Origin: Endomicrobiales bacterium
GTDB lineage: Bacteria; Elusimicrobiota; Endomicrobiia; Endomicrobiales; CAWCFT01
Length of the DNA: 64,000 nt
Reading direction: 5' to 3'
Assembly (NCBI GenBank): GCA_963794945.1
Contig: CAWCFT010000013.1
Coordinates: forward strand, 10,606-74,605
The translations under genes and the position numbers were made by a program. Positions 31,887 to 43,128 of this stretch are shown here, one piece after another (the stretch's first letter is position 1; each line of letters opens with the position of its first letter). The notes below the pieces were generated by a model, which ran no database searches, was not told the origin of the DNA, and saw only the letters and a program-made list of their open reading frames with translations.

Positions 31887-33437
31887 ATGAGCCAAAACCC
31901 GGATAAGCTGAAGCTGGTCCTGGAAGCCAACAGGATAATATCTTCCACGCTCAATACGCCTGAGCTCTTGCGGCAGGTGATGAGGCTGGCAACGGAAGTG
32001 GTTGGAGCAGAATCGTCATCGATCCTGCTTTATGACGCCAAGACTGACGAGCTGTATTTTGACCTGGCCCTCGGAGAAAATGAGTCAGAGCTCAAAACGA
32101 TCAGGCTTAAAGCAGGCGAGGGTATAGCCGGCTGGGTCGCAAAGAACAGGAAGACACAGGTAGTAAACGATGTTGCAACGGACCCGCGCTGGGTAAAACA
32201 CACAGACCAAAAAATAAAATTCCGTACCCGCTCCATTATCGCAGCGCCGCTTGTGTACAAGAATGAGCTCCTCGGAGTGGTTGAAGCGATAAACAAGAGA
32301 GACGGCCATTTTTCGGCAGAAGAAGACGCGGGGATACTGGAGGCGTTTGCGGCGCAGGCCGCGGTTTCCATAGAGAACGCCCGCATTTTCGAGAGCCTGC
32401 AGGAAGCGAAAGAAAAAGTTGAAGCCGTGTTTTCACAGATGTCTGACGGCGCGGTTTTGGTAGACGGCAAAGGCTCGAAAATATTCTTCAATGAATCCGC
32501 TGGCAAACTGTTGGGCAGCGAGAATACTTCAAAAGGGACTGCCGCGGAGATTTTCGGCGGGTTTGAACACAACCCTCCCATAACGGATATTATGGCCGCG
32601 GGAGCAAAAAAAACTTCTTTTGAATTTAAAAGGGCAGAGCCAAAGACACTGTATGTAAGCGGTACGGCAACTAAAATATTCAATTCAACTGGCGTTATAG
32701 GCAGCATTTTCATTTTCGGCGATGTGACAGAAGAGAAAAAAGAAAGCCTTGTGAAGAGGAATTTTCTGTCACTGATAAGCCATAAGCTTAAGACGCCGCT
32801 CGTTACTATAACCGGGTATGGGCCGCTACTGTTAGACGACCCTGCGCTTAGCGACTTCCAAAGAAAAGCAATTCAAACTATAACTAAGCAGGGAAATTAT
32901 CTTCAGAGCTTGGTGGAAAAACTCTTGAATTTTACGCTTATAGACGATGAAGGCCCCGCCGCTGATAAAGCAGAGGGCAGTTTAATGAAAACCGCGGTGC
33001 AGGCGGTTAGTTCGCTGGAAAACTACCTTGAAGATAAGGATGCCGTTGTAATTATCAGAGACGAGCTAAAAGGTATACCTTCAATTATAATGGACGAAAG
33101 GAAGGTGGAAGCATCCTTAAAAAATATTATCGAGAACGCTGTAAAATTCAATAACGGCAAAGAAAAGAATGTTGAGATAGGTCCTGTAAAGTCAGAAGGA
33201 TTCGTAGGCATATATATTAAAGACAACGGGCCCGGAATACCGCCCGAAGAAAGGGAAAGGATATTCCAGAAGTTCTACCAGATAGAAGAATCTTTCACGG
33301 GACAGGTCGAAGGGGCGGGATTGGGGCTCGCGCTTGTCAAACAGATTATAGAAGCGCACGGCGGGAAGATCGTTCTTGAAAGCAGCGTCGGCATCGGTTC
33401 GACATTCAACCTTTTGTTCCCTGCGCGCGGAGAGTGA
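31887..33437 (+). CDS. GAF-PAS sensor histidine kinase
   Basis: GAF (GEGIAGWV..GVVEAINK), PAS, SHKLKTPL H-box, ENAVKF, DNGPGI, GAGLGL. Confidence 0.92.
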   Translation: MSQNPDKLKLVLEANRIISSTLNTPELLRQVMRLATEVVGAESSSILLYDAKTDELYFDLALGENESELKTIRLKAGEGIAGWVAKNRKTQVVNDVATDPRWVKHTDQKIKFRTRSIIAAPLVYKNELLGVVEAINKRDGHFSAEEDAGILEAFAAQAAVSIENARIFESLQEAKEKVEAVFSQMSDGAVLVDGKGSKIFFNESAGKLLGSENTSKGTAAEIFGGFEHNPPITDIMAAGAKKTSFEFKRAEPKTLYVSGTATKIFNSTGVIGSIFIFGDVTEEKKESLVKRNFLSLISHKLKTPLVTITGYGPLLLDDPALSDFQRKAIQTITKQGNYLQSLVEKLLNFTLIDDEGPAADKAEGSLMKTAVQAVSSLENYLEDKDAVVIIRDELKGIPSIIMDERKVEASLKNIIENAVKFNNGKEKNVEIGPVKSEGFVGIYIKDNGPGIPPEERERIFQKFYQIEESFTGQVEGAGLGLALVKQIIEAHGGKIVLESSVGIGSTFNLLFPARGE

Positions 33438-33441
33438 TGTT

Positions 33442-34131
33442 ATGAACAAGCTAGACTACCTAAAAAATGTGCCTTTATTTTACGGGTTCAATAAAAAGGA
33501 CCTCAGCCAGTCTTCAGAAGATATCTACCGTGCAGGCTTTCAGGAGCGGTGAAAGCATATTTGAAGAGAACACACCCGGTAACAAACTCTATATAGTCCT
33601 TTCCGGCAGGGTGAAAATATTCGCAATGGCCGGCCGTAAAAAAAAGACGCTTGCCTATCTTGAAAAAGGCGAGTTTTTCGGTGAGATGGCGCTACTGGAC
33701 ATGCAATCCCGTTCGGCATCCAGCATAGCCGTGGAGCACACGGAACTTCTGGAAGTGAGACAGAACGATTTTCGGAGACTGCTTGTCGCACATCCTGATA
33801 TATCACTGAGAATAATGAAAACTCTCTCAAGGCGGCTTAGACAGGCCGATAAAGAGATAGAAGCGCTTACGTTTGGTGATGTGCTGGGCCGTATCGCGTC
33901 TACTCTTTTGCGCTTGGCGCTAAGTACGGGACGATAACCGAAGACGGCTGTGAAATTAAGATGCCGTTAAACCATCGCGATATCGCCGAGATCGCAGGCA
34001 CTGGCCGGGAGATGGTTTCAAGAACGCTGAACCGTTTCCGCCGCTTGGGTATAATAAAATATGATGACATGTCGCTGATAATTAACGATGCGCAGAAACT
34101 AAAATTATTCACTACGGCAAACCAGGGATAA
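33442..34131 (+). CDS. Crp/Fnr-family regulator, frameshifts near 33505 and 33915
   Basis: LKNVPLF, FFGEMALLD..RSA cNMP pocket, DIAEIAGTGREMVSR HTH. Confidence 0.85.
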
Positions 34132-34138
34132 AATATAA

Positions 34139-35397
34139 ATGAATTTCAAAGCACCACGGGGAACGCACGATCTTATAGCTGAGGACGCACTCAATATACG
34201 CCATCTGGAGGCTGTTTGCCGCAATATATTTACAAAGTGGGATTATTCCGAGATATGCCTTCCCAGCTTTGAGGACGCGGGACTTTTTACGCGTTCGATA
34301 GGCGAGAGCACCGATATTGTTGAAAAAGAGATGTATGTGTTCGAAGACAGGAAGGGCAGAAAGCTGGCGCTCAGGCCCGAGGGGACGGCATCGGCAGTAA
34401 GAGCGCTGGTAGAGAACGGGCTCCTACAGAAAATGCCAGTACCGAAACTTTTTTACGCTGGATCCATGTTCCGCTACGAGCGGCCACAGGCTGGCAGGTA
34501 CCGTGAATTCTTTCAAGTCGGGGCTGAATATTTTGCAAACCCAGACCCGGCCGCGGACGCCGAGATCATAGTCATAGCCAATGATATCCTTAAGAACATG
34601 GGCCTTCAAAAAACAGTTATACATATTAACACTCTCGGATGCGCGGCCTGCAGGCCGGCTTTCCGTGATGCGCTGAAGAACTATTTCAACTCGCAAAAGG
34701 ACCTCTGCGGAGATTGCCAGCGGAGGCTTGAGAAGAATCCTTTACGCCTGCTGGACTGCAAGATAGATGGCCCCAGGTTCACGGATGTTCCAAAAATGGA
34801 AGATTTTCTTTGTAAGGAGTGCGCTGGACACTTTGAGCAAGTTAAGGGGCTGCTTGAAAAGGCCGGTTGTGCGTTCACCGTTGACCACCGCCTTGTGCGC
34901 GGGCTCGATTACTATACGAAGACGATATTCGAGATACGAAGCGCTCTGGTAGGTTCGCAGGACGCTCTCTGCGCTGGCGGAAGGTACGACAACCTCGTTG
35001 AGGAGTTGGGCGAGCCCGACCCAGGCTGTAGGATTTGCGCTTGGTTCGGAGCGAGTGGTGTTGGCTGCAAGCAATGAAAATCCCGGGTGGCGCACAGCCG
35101 CCTTTTAAAATATTTATTGCTGTTTCGGGGGACAAACTTCAGAAAGAAGCTTTCGGTTTCGCGGTTAAACTGAGGACTTCCGAAGTCAATGACCCGATGA
35201 GATTTGGACTTGCGATTGGTGATAAAAATATCTGCGTAGAGGGCCCATTCAACGGGAAAAGCCTCAAGAGTCAGTTAAAACTCGCCGACAGGTTCGGCGC
35301 AGATATAACTATTATTTTTGGAGAAGAAGAGTACGCGCGCGGCGCAATCGCTGTGCGTGACATGAAAACCCAGCAGCAGCATGAAATAAAACTATAA
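34139..35397 (+). CDS. hisS: Histidine--tRNA ligase, frameshift near 35015
   Basis: PRGT, KEMY, LRPEGTA, RYERPQAGRYREF, LVRGLDYY, GGRYD. Confidence 0.95.
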
Positions 35398-35406
35398 ACG
35401 GGGAAC

Positions 35407-36318
35407 ATGGAACTGCAAAGGGAACTCGAACTGTTGCGAGAGAGCTGGACGGAAACATTTGACCAGCTTTTCGTGCTTTATGAAGTGGCGCGGGAGGTGT
35501 CCAGCGTTCTCGACCTCGACAGCGTGCTGGAACACATAGTTAACCACGCCTTCCTTCTTCTGGAAGCTGAAGCGGCTTGCGTGCTTTTGGTGGACCGCAA
35601 GACAGGCAGGCTCATCCCCAGAGTGATCAAACACGAAAAAGGGCAGGAAACAAAAAAGGACAGCCTGCATATCGAATTTGGCAAGGGCATCGCTGGCGAG
35701 GTTGCAAGCTCGCGTAAACCCATAATAATAACCCAGGATGTAAACGAAAAACAGTTCAGGGAAGATTCCGAGATATTCAAGGTCAAAACGCCGCGTAACC
35801 TCTTGTGCGTTCCGATAGTCCTGCGCGGGGGGGATACAATAGGTGTTATAGAGATAATAAACAAGAAGAACAAGACATTCACATCCAGGGACAGGGATTT
35901 CCTTATGGCTATCGCTAATATCTCCGCCCTTAGTGTTGAAAATGCCAAGGTTTACGAGCAGCTTAAGAATAACGAAGTTTACCAGTCGCAGGTGATAGAG
36001 AACCTGCCCGAAGGTTTTTTCGCTATCAACGGGTCCGGCAAAATAACTCACATGAATTCCTGCGCGCAGAAACTCCTGGGCCTGGAATCTGACGGGACGC
36101 TTCTGGGCCAGACTTGCGATATTGTGCTTAAAGAAGAATCGGAACTGAACGGTTATTTGAAAGCGGCGATGACAGAGGGGCGTGTAAAAAAGTGGCAGGA
36201 AATATCTCTTAGAAAAACTGGAAAGCCGGTGTTCCTTTTCACGTTCGTTTTCAGAAAAGAGGACAATTCGGTCCTCGGCGCCGGAGCGGTGCTGCAGGAC
36301 ATGGTATTGAAAAGATAA
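35407..36318 (+). CDS. GAF-PAS protein without an output domain
   Basis: GKGIAG..GVIEIINK GAF, then PAS (IENLPEG..N..A.KLLG..QD), then stop. Confidence 0.8.
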   Translation: MELQRELELLRESWTETFDQLFVLYEVAREVSSVLDLDSVLEHIVNHAFLLLEAEAACVLLVDRKTGRLIPRVIKHEKGQETKKDSLHIEFGKGIAGEVASSRKPIIITQDVNEKQFREDSEIFKVKTPRNLLCVPIVLRGGDTIGVIEIINKKNKTFTSRDRDFLMAIANISALSVENAKVYEQLKNNEVYQSQVIENLPEGFFAINGSGKITHMNSCAQKLLGLESDGTLLGQTCDIVLKEESELNGYLKAAMTEGRVKKWQEISLRKTGKPVFLFTFVFRKEDNSVLGAGAVLQDMVLKR

Positions 36319-36358
36319 AGAATATTTCCGCGTGTAATAAGTTTTAAGGGTAAGAACT

Positions 36359-38122
36359 ATGGAAAAAAAGAAACTAACGAGCCTACTGATCTCTGCCGGG
36401 GCGGGGCTGCTGGTCCTTGGGTTTTGGTTCATCGGTACGTTCCAGGGGCTTGAAAACAGGTCGCTTGATTACCGTTTCAAGCTGAGAGGCCCCATATCGG
36501 GTTCAAAGGATGTTGTAATAGTGGCGTTTGACGAGGAATCGTTTAAGGAGCTGGGGCGTTGGCCTTGGCCGCGCCAAATGCACGGTAAGGTTGTAGATCG
36601 CCTAACCCGCGCGGGAGCCAAAGCGATAGTTTTTGATATGCTGCTTCCGGAGCCTGATCAGGGCGACCCGGCTTCTGACAGATATTTCGCTGAGGCTGCA
36701 AAGAGATCAAAAAGGGTCGCGATAGGTTCGTTTTACCGTAATGACGCCGAAGGCAATCCCATAGATTTTGTACTTCCAATAGAGATGTTCAGGAAGAACT
36801 GCGTTGTGGGTTTTGTCAACATTTCACCTGAGCTAGACGGCATATGCCGGAAGATACCGCTCTTCAAGGGATATAAGGGCGACATAGTCCCGTCCCTTTC
36901 GCTTGCCGGCCTTTCGATATACTTAAACCAGCCCGCGGACGAGATCATAAAAAGCAGAAAGATATCCATAGACGAATATTATGAGATGCTGATAAACTTT
37001 GTTGGCGGCTACGAAAGCTTTCCGTATTATTCGTTCTACAAAGTATTAGGTGGAGAAATACCAGCCGAGAAGTTCAAGGATAAGATAGTTATTCTCGGCG
37101 GCACAGCGATGGGCCTTTTTGACTATAAATCTATACCCTACTCGCCTACTTTTCCCGGCCTTGAAATACACGCGAACGCAATCTCAAATATCCTGCAAGA
37201 CAATTACCTGCGACCGTGGCCCGCATACGCGACATTCTTGCTGATTGTAATTTTTGCTGCCCTTCCGGGCCTTGTGCTCAACCGCTTTTCACCGCTTACG
37301 GCTGGCATAGTCACGCTGTCCGGGCTTGCCGGGTATTTCCTGCTGGTATACAGCCTTTTTGCATTAAAGTTCATCTACGCCGAGTTCGTTGCCCCGGCGT
37401 CCAGCTTCGCCCTTAGCTACGTCGGAGTATTGTTTTACAGGTTCATGACCAAAGAAAAAGAAAAACGCAAGATGAAAAAAACGTTCGGGCAGCTCGTTAA
37501 CCCGCGGGTGCTCGAAAAAATGCTTAACGACCCGAGCTATCAAAAAGTTGGCGGACGCAAGGAGCTCCTTACCGTTCTTTTTTCAGATATCCGCGGTTTC
37601 ACAACCATAACAGAGAACCTTCCTTCGGAAGAATTGGTTAGCCAGCTAAACGAATACCTCGGTAAAATGGTCGAGGTCGTCTTCCGGCACGACGGCACTC
37701 TGGACAAGTTCATAGGAGACGCCGTGATGGCGATATTCGGAGCTCCGGTCCCGCAGAACGAACACGCGAAGAGGGCCGTACTCTGCGCGATCGATATGAT
37801 GAGCGAGCTTGCCGTCCTCCAGGAGAAATGGAGATCCGAGGGCAAACCTGTGTTCGAGATCGGCATTGGAGTCAACACCGGTGAGATGACGGTTGGGTTC
37901 ATGGGCTCGCAGGAGAAAAAGGAATACACCGTGATAGGTGACAACGTCAATCTTGGCAGCCGGCTCGAGGGCCTGAACAAAGAGTACAAGACCCACATAA
38001 TAATTTCTGATTCCACTTACCAGGCTGTTAAAGATATAATCGAAGCAAAACCGCTTGGCGCCGTGAAGGTCAAGGGAAGAATGAAGCCAGTTGACATATT
38101 CGAAGTAGTTGGGAAAAAATAG
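36359..38122 (+). CDS. CHASE2-domain class III adenylate cyclase
   Basis: GRWPWPR (CHASE2), TM helices, FSDIRGFT, DKFIGDA, YTVIGDNVNLGSRLE. Confidence 0.93.
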   Translation: MEKKKLTSLLISAGAGLLVLGFWFIGTFQGLENRSLDYRFKLRGPISGSKDVVIVAFDEESFKELGRWPWPRQMHGKVVDRLTRAGAKAIVFDMLLPEPDQGDPASDRYFAEAAKRSKRVAIGSFYRNDAEGNPIDFVLPIEMFRKNCVVGFVNISPELDGICRKIPLFKGYKGDIVPSLSLAGLSIYLNQPADEIIKSRKISIDEYYEMLINFVGGYESFPYYSFYKVLGGEIPAEKFKDKIVILGGTAMGLFDYKSIPYSPTFPGLEIHANAISNILQDNYLRPWPAYATFLLIVIFAALPGLVLNRFSPLTAGIVTLSGLAGYFLLVYSLFALKFIYAEFVAPASSFALSYVGVLFYRFMTKEKEKRKMKKTFGQLVNPRVLEKMLNDPSYQKVGGRKELLTVLFSDIRGFTTITENLPSEELVSQLNEYLGKMVEVVFRHDGTLDKFIGDAVMAIFGAPVPQNEHAKRAVLCAIDMMSELAVLQEKWRSEGKPVFEIGIGVNTGEMTVGFMGSQEKKEYTVIGDNVNLGSRLEGLNKEYKTHIIISDSTYQAVKDIIEAKPLGAVKVKGRMKPVDIFEVVGKK

Positions 38123-38133
38123 GGAGTTTGAAG

Positions 38134-38833
38134 ATGGAAATATTTTGGAAGCTGGTGCTCGCCCATCTGCTCGGTGATTTTACTTTCCAGACAGATTTTA
38201 TCGCCAAGTGGAAGAGGGAAAGTATTTTTGGCGGTCTGATGCACTCCCTAATTTTTTTTGCATGCGCTGCGGCTCTGTGTTTTGGACAGCTCGGAGAACA
38301 TTGGGCGGCATGGGGGGTATCATTCCCGGTGAACGGATGGGTCATGCTCGCCGTACTAAGCCTTTTTCATTTTTTCGAAGACGAGTGGCGTGTCCGGACC
38401 ATCAGAAAAGCCCAGTCCGCAGACTCGTTCTTATTCTTTATAATTGATCAGTGCATACATATCGGGCTTATTTTTGTCTTTTTTCCGCCGCAAACTTGGC
38501 AGATGCCGGAAAAATGGATATTCCTTTCAATGCTTTTCGTGCTTACCACACATTTCACTTCAATATTCGTATATTTCTCTGAAAAAGCCGTGTTCTGGTT
38601 TTTCTAGACTCGAAATGGGTGAAAGATATTTTTCAATGGCCGAGCGGCTAGCCGTAAGCCTTGCGCTTCTGCTCCCGGGTTTTTGGGCATTATGTTTCGC
38701 AGTTGCATGGCTACCTGGGATAATAATAAGACGAAACCACAAAGGGTTCGAATCCTCGCTGATGAATGTGATAATCGGAAATGTTCTCGCTGTGGTTTTC
38801 GGGATGGCGGGCAGATTAATCTTATATAGATGA
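38134..38833 (+). CDS. DUF3307-like membrane protein, frameshift near 38600
   Basis: LAHLLGDFTFQT, HFFED, IIDQCIH. Confidence 0.75.
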
Positions 38834-38930
38834 TGTGTTGGGCCCACCATAATCAGTTTGCAGGGAAGTAAATGGATTATAGATCAGGCTCAAGCAGTCA
38901 ATAGGTTGTTAACGTGTAATCCAGAAATTA

Positions 38931-38959
38931 TTGACAAAACATGAGATTTCATATAAAAT
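38931..38959 (+). promoter_or_regulatory. Sigma70-type promoter
   Basis: TTGACA-N17-TAAAAT. Confidence 0.6.
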
Positions 38960-39038
38960 CTAAGCAATATTGAGTTTTCCCGCGCAGGCGAAATTGCCTG
39001 TAGCCCAAATACCTATAAACCTCTGTACGGAGGGAAAT

Positions 39039-40247
39039 GTGCTGAGAATCCCGAACACAACTATTTTTCTGACGCCACCGGACATTTTGGCGCTTGTCTT
39101 TGCCGCGCTTAATATCATCCTTCTATTTATCGGCGTAGGAAAACTCGCTATCTTCGGCGCGCTTGACAGCCTTGTTTATTTGATCGTTCCGAAATTCGCG
39201 ATAAAATATGACCACATGAAGTACTACCCCTGGCACATAAAGGAAGAAGACGGCAAAGTAAAAAAAGCCTTCAAAACGCCAAGGGATATTTATTATCCCG
39301 GCATTGCCCCGCTTCACGAAAGACTGGGTGATTTTATATTGCGGTTCCCTCTGTTCAGTCTGACATTTTTTGTCATGTTTGCTCCCTTCGCTGCCAAGTT
39401 CGTGGGGCCGTATTTTGACAAGGTTATGGAACTGTTAGGTCCGATAACAAAGCTTGGCTGGATGCCTTCTTCGTCCGGGCTTTTCCGGATATTCGTAATT
39501 TTGTTCTTTTTGCCGTTCTCGTCAATCCACTCTACACTTGTTTCGTTCTACACTTTGATAGTTTATCCAATAAAAGTAATATTCAATGTAATAGTGCCGC
39601 CGTGCATATTCGCCTGTGTTTTCGTCCTGTTATTCATGCTCGAAGTAACGCTTATTTATGTAGGCTTCCTGCCGCTTTTTCACCAGGGTATAATCCCATT
39701 TATAGATGCGGGAACTGGTCTTAAACAGTTTGTATTCTGGATGCCGATAAAGTTCAGGATATACATCGACCTGGTGATCGCGCCGGTAGTTATAGTGGTG
39801 CCCCTTATTACGACAATAGGAAGCTACATTCTTTCGAGGCACGATAAGAGCGATGAACATAAGATAGACTACGTGGTGCTTTTTTACAAAACAGGGATAT
39901 CGTATCTTTATGCTCCTTTGCTCGCTAAAATATTCCCTAAACTTGGCGATGAGGCCAGGGTAGTCAGGGAAGAAAGAAAGATCAACGAAGTTCTTGTGAT
40001 CGGCATGTATCTGGAAAGCCTAGTCTGCGTGGCCGGCACAGCTTACGCTTACGTGAGCCTAGCTAATGCCTCCAATGTGCCTATGAGCGGAATATTTTTA
40101 GGTATTCTTGTCATGATAGTGTTTGTACCGCTCATCGTTTTTAGCTCTAACGGATTTCAGTCTTATTTTCTTGATAAAACCATCACATTCGGACAAAGGA
40201 TCACAGAACTATATTCATCTTCAAAAAAAAGGATCACCAATGCGTAA
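39039..40247 (+). CDS. Hypothetical polytopic membrane protein
   Basis: Long ORF with many hydrophobic segments; GTG start after GGAGG. Confidence 0.7.
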   Translation: MLRIPNTTIFLTPPDILALVFAALNIILLFIGVGKLAIFGALDSLVYLIVPKFAIKYDHMKYYPWHIKEEDGKVKKAFKTPRDIYYPGIAPLHERLGDFILRFPLFSLTFFVMFAPFAAKFVGPYFDKVMELLGPITKLGWMPSSSGLFRIFVILFFLPFSSIHSTLVSFYTLIVYPIKVIFNVIVPPCIFACVFVLLFMLEVTLIYVGFLPLFHQGIIPFIDAGTGLKQFVFWMPIKFRIYIDLVIAPVVIVVPLITTIGSYILSRHDKSDEHKIDYVVLFYKTGISYLYAPLLAKIFPKLGDEARVVREERKINEVLVIGMYLESLVCVAGTAYAYVSLANASNVPMSGIFLGILVMIVFVPLIVFSSNGFQSYFLDKTITFGQRITELYSSSKKRITNA

Positions 40248-41535
40248 TAAGCTTTTTTTTATTCTTGCTGTGATAACTTTGTTGTGCGGTTGCGGTAAGC
40301 CGCCTGAACAGCCTCACATATACGTAGTGGGAGTCGATTGTTCACGGTCATTCTGGAACACGAGCCTTGTAAGCGAAAAACGTTTTGCCGATCTTCCAAA
40401 AAATAAGGTTCAAGAGATATCTTATAAGATCAGGGAATATCTCAATGAGATAAATATTGCCGTTGAAAGCAAGGATTTTATCAAGCAGACACGTGTGGAG
40501 AGCGGGAGCTTTAAGAAAACCGTTGACAGGGAAGCACTGCGCAAGGAAATGGAAAGCGCGATCGATATGGTCAATATCCTGTCTAACAACATAGGCGGCA
40601 CGGAAGATAAACAGTACCTTACGGCAAAAATGAAGATAAGCATGAACTCACTTAAAACCTTTCTTGACAAACGGAATTACGTGCGTGTTACTGATGAATC
40701 TTCTGGACCAATATTTAATGAAGATATAAGCCCTGCTTCTCTAAGGAAGGTCACTAAATACATCAATTTGATTGGCGACGAGATAAATAAATTCAGCTAT
40801 ACTGTCAGTATTCCAGATCAGCCCAGGCTTTTGAAGGAGCTCCAGGGTGACATAGGTTCATTGCTGTCCATGGTTGATGCGGATATAAAGAATAACAACG
40901 CAGCGCCGATTGATAAAAAATGGGTAGATAGCGGGATATACGGTAAAATTAAATCGCTTGAAACTGTTCTCTATTTTAAGATAGGCGACACGCAGTCTAC
41001 GACTTGGAAGCCTACGCTCAAGGACATTAACGGTACAATGGACAGCCTTATAGAAGACAGTTATAAGAACGGTGCAAAAGCGTTCTCGAATTCCACCGAT
41101 TACAAGGTGTTTATTCAACGCAGTCTCAGCGAGATCGATAATCTACTGAAAGACTGGGGCAGTTTTGATCAGGATATAGGTGTCAAGGTCACTTTCATAA
41201 TCATAGGAGACGGAAAGAACGACCCGGAAGGCAAGTATGAGAACGTGGCGGAATACGATAAGAATCTGCTCTCGGGCATAAAAGAGCTCTTCGACCTCAA
41301 AAAAGTGAATACCGGCCCTGATTCTGCGTCTTCAAAGCTCGGGGCAATAACATCGCTGGATGTAAAGTTCTGCGTGCCGCAAAAGCGGTACAATACTGAT
41401 ATACTTGACTCATGGGTAAAAATGCTGCAGGGCGGTCCTAAAGGCGGCGGAACTCCGGTATACTATTATATGTTCGAGAATTTAAAACAGAATGGTCGTT
41501 TTACTCAGGAATCGATCAAAAAACTTCTCGATTAG
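40240..41535 (+). CDS. Lipoprotein with a split vWA-like (MIDAS) domain
   Basis: Lipobox LCGC; VVGVDCSRS (DxSxS); STDY; FIIIGDG. Confidence 0.6.
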   Translation: MRNKLFFILAVITLLCGCGKPPEQPHIYVVGVDCSRSFWNTSLVSEKRFADLPKNKVQEISYKIREYLNEINIAVESKDFIKQTRVESGSFKKTVDREALRKEMESAIDMVNILSNNIGGTEDKQYLTAKMKISMNSLKTFLDKRNYVRVTDESSGPIFNEDISPASLRKVTKYINLIGDEINKFSYTVSIPDQPRLLKELQGDIGSLLSMVDADIKNNNAAPIDKKWVDSGIYGKIKSLETVLYFKIGDTQSTTWKPTLKDINGTMDSLIEDSYKNGAKAFSNSTDYKVFIQRSLSEIDNLLKDWGSFDQDIGVKVTFIIIGDGKNDPEGKYENVAEYDKNLLSGIKELFDLKKVNTGPDSASSKLGAITSLDVKFCVPQKRYNTDILDSWVKMLQGGPKGGGTPVYYYMFENLKQNGRFTQESIKKLLD

Positions 41536-41702
41536 CGCTTAATATGGCGGATTATTATTGTGTTGTTTATCAACCGATCGAACTGCCCACAGCAAATATA
41601 TTTTTATTTTAACTTCAGTCCACCGCCAAATAACAATTATTAAACCGCATGCAAAATCAATCATAATGCATTCGTCTTTCGGCGTAGTATTGTGTCCAGC
41701 TA

Positions 41703-41731
41703 TTGTAAAACCTCTTGTTTTGTAGTAAAAT
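41703..41731 (+). promoter_or_regulatory. Possible sigma70 promoter for yebC-ruvCAB
   Basis: TTGTAA-N17-TAAAAT. Confidence 0.4.
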
Positions 41732-41776
41732 ATTACACATAATCAACAAGTTTTTAGTTTAACAAGGAGCTTTGAA

Positions 41777-42535
41777 ATGTCAGGACATTCTAGATGGGCA
41801 GGGATAAAACACAAAAAAGCGGCCATAGACGCGAAAAGAGGAAAGGTATTCACAAGAATAATACGAGAAATAGTCGTCGCGGCAAAAGAAGGCGGCGGAA
41901 ACCCTGAAAATAACGCGCGCTTGAGAAAAGTAATGGATTTGGCGAAAGAAGCCAATATGCCTATTGATAACGTTAAAAAGGCTGTCCAGCGCGGTACCGG
42001 AGAAATACCTGGCGCGATATACGAAGAGATAAACTATGAAGGCTACGGGCCTGGCGGTGTCGCGATACTTCTTGAAGCGACAACTGACAACAAGAACCGA
42101 ACGGCTTCGGAAGTTAGGAACATATTTTCAAACCACGGCGGCAACCTCGGCGAGAACGGTTGTGTTTCATGGATGTTTTCCAAGAAAGGTTATATGACAG
42201 TTGAAAAGGGAAAATTGGACGAAGAAAAGCTTATGACGCTGGCCCTCGATCTCGGGGCTGACGATATTAAAAGCGAAGATGAAGATGTCTTTGAAGTGAT
42301 AACGAAACCCGAAGGGTTTGAAAAGGTCAAGAAAGGCCTCGAAGATAACAAGGTGCCTCTGTCCGTAGCCGAGCTGACCTTCCTGCCGCAGACCTATATA
42401 AAACTTACGGGCAAGCAGGCGAAACAGATGCTCGCCCTGATGGACGAGCTCGAAGCTCATGACGACGTAAAAACAGTCTATTCCAACTTCGATATATCCA
42501 AAGAAGACATGGAAAAGATCGAGCAGGAACAGTAA
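41777..42535 (+). CDS. yebC: YebC/PmpR-family protein
   Basis: MSGHSRWA.IKHKK, YEGYGPGG, TDNKNRT. Confidence 0.95.
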   Translation: MSGHSRWAGIKHKKAAIDAKRGKVFTRIIREIVVAAKEGGGNPENNARLRKVMDLAKEANMPIDNVKKAVQRGTGEIPGAIYEEINYEGYGPGGVAILLEATTDNKNRTASEVRNIFSNHGGNLGENGCVSWMFSKKGYMTVEKGKLDEEKLMTLALDLGADDIKSEDEDVFEVITKPEGFEKVKKGLEDNKVPLSVAELTFLPQTYIKLTGKQAKQMLALMDELEAHDDVKTVYSNFDISKEDMEKIEQEQ

Positions 42536-42541
42536 AAGAGC

Positions 42542-42616
42542 ATTGAAAATTGAAGATTAAAAATTTGAAAATTCGGCGATTTAATCTTCCAAATCTTACA
42601 ATCTTTAATTTTTAAT
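42542..42616. repeat. Heptamer-periodic inverted repeat (ATTGAAG type), copy 1
   Basis: ATTGAAA-ATTGAAG-ATTAAAA.. mirrored by ..CTTTAAT-TTTTAAT. Confidence 0.75.
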
Positions 42617-42623
42617 CGAATCT

Positions 42624-43128
42624 ATGATCATCCTTGGTATCGACCCGGGCTTATCACTTTGCGGTTGGGGTCTCGGTGGAGTCCTCCGGAAACGGCTCGC
42701 TGACGATGATGAGCTATGGTTGTATCAAAACCAAACCCACCCAATCACTCACCGAACGGCTTACTAATGTACATCTTGCTATTGTCGGATTGATCAGGGA
42801 AAACCACCCGGAAGAAATGGCCATAGAAGAAATATTTTTTTCAAAAGAGGCCCGCACCGTGGCATCGGTCGGGCAGGCGCGCGGGGCTATCCTTGTCGCT
42901 GCCGGAGTTGAAAGGCTTCCGGTTTATGAGTACAACCCCAGATCGATAAAAATGGCTATGACGGGTTTCGGTTCCGCGGACAAAAACCAGATGCAGAAAA
43001 TGGTAAAGACGATACTTCACCTAAAGGATATACCGCAGCCCGATGATGCAGCGGACGCCCTGGCTATCGCCATGTGCCATATAAACACAAAAAAAATGAA
43101 CGGGGTCTTCGCGGGTAACAACAAATGA
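42624..43128 (+). CDS. ruvC: Holliday junction resolvase RuvC, frameshift near 42675
   Basis: MIILGIDPG; IEE.FF; QARG; DDAADALAIA. Confidence 0.93.

Noticed and set aside
35392..36432. Long antisense ORF (346 aa) and other minus-strand ORFs in the track
   Set aside because: They shadow well-supported plus-strand genes and have no recognisable motifs.
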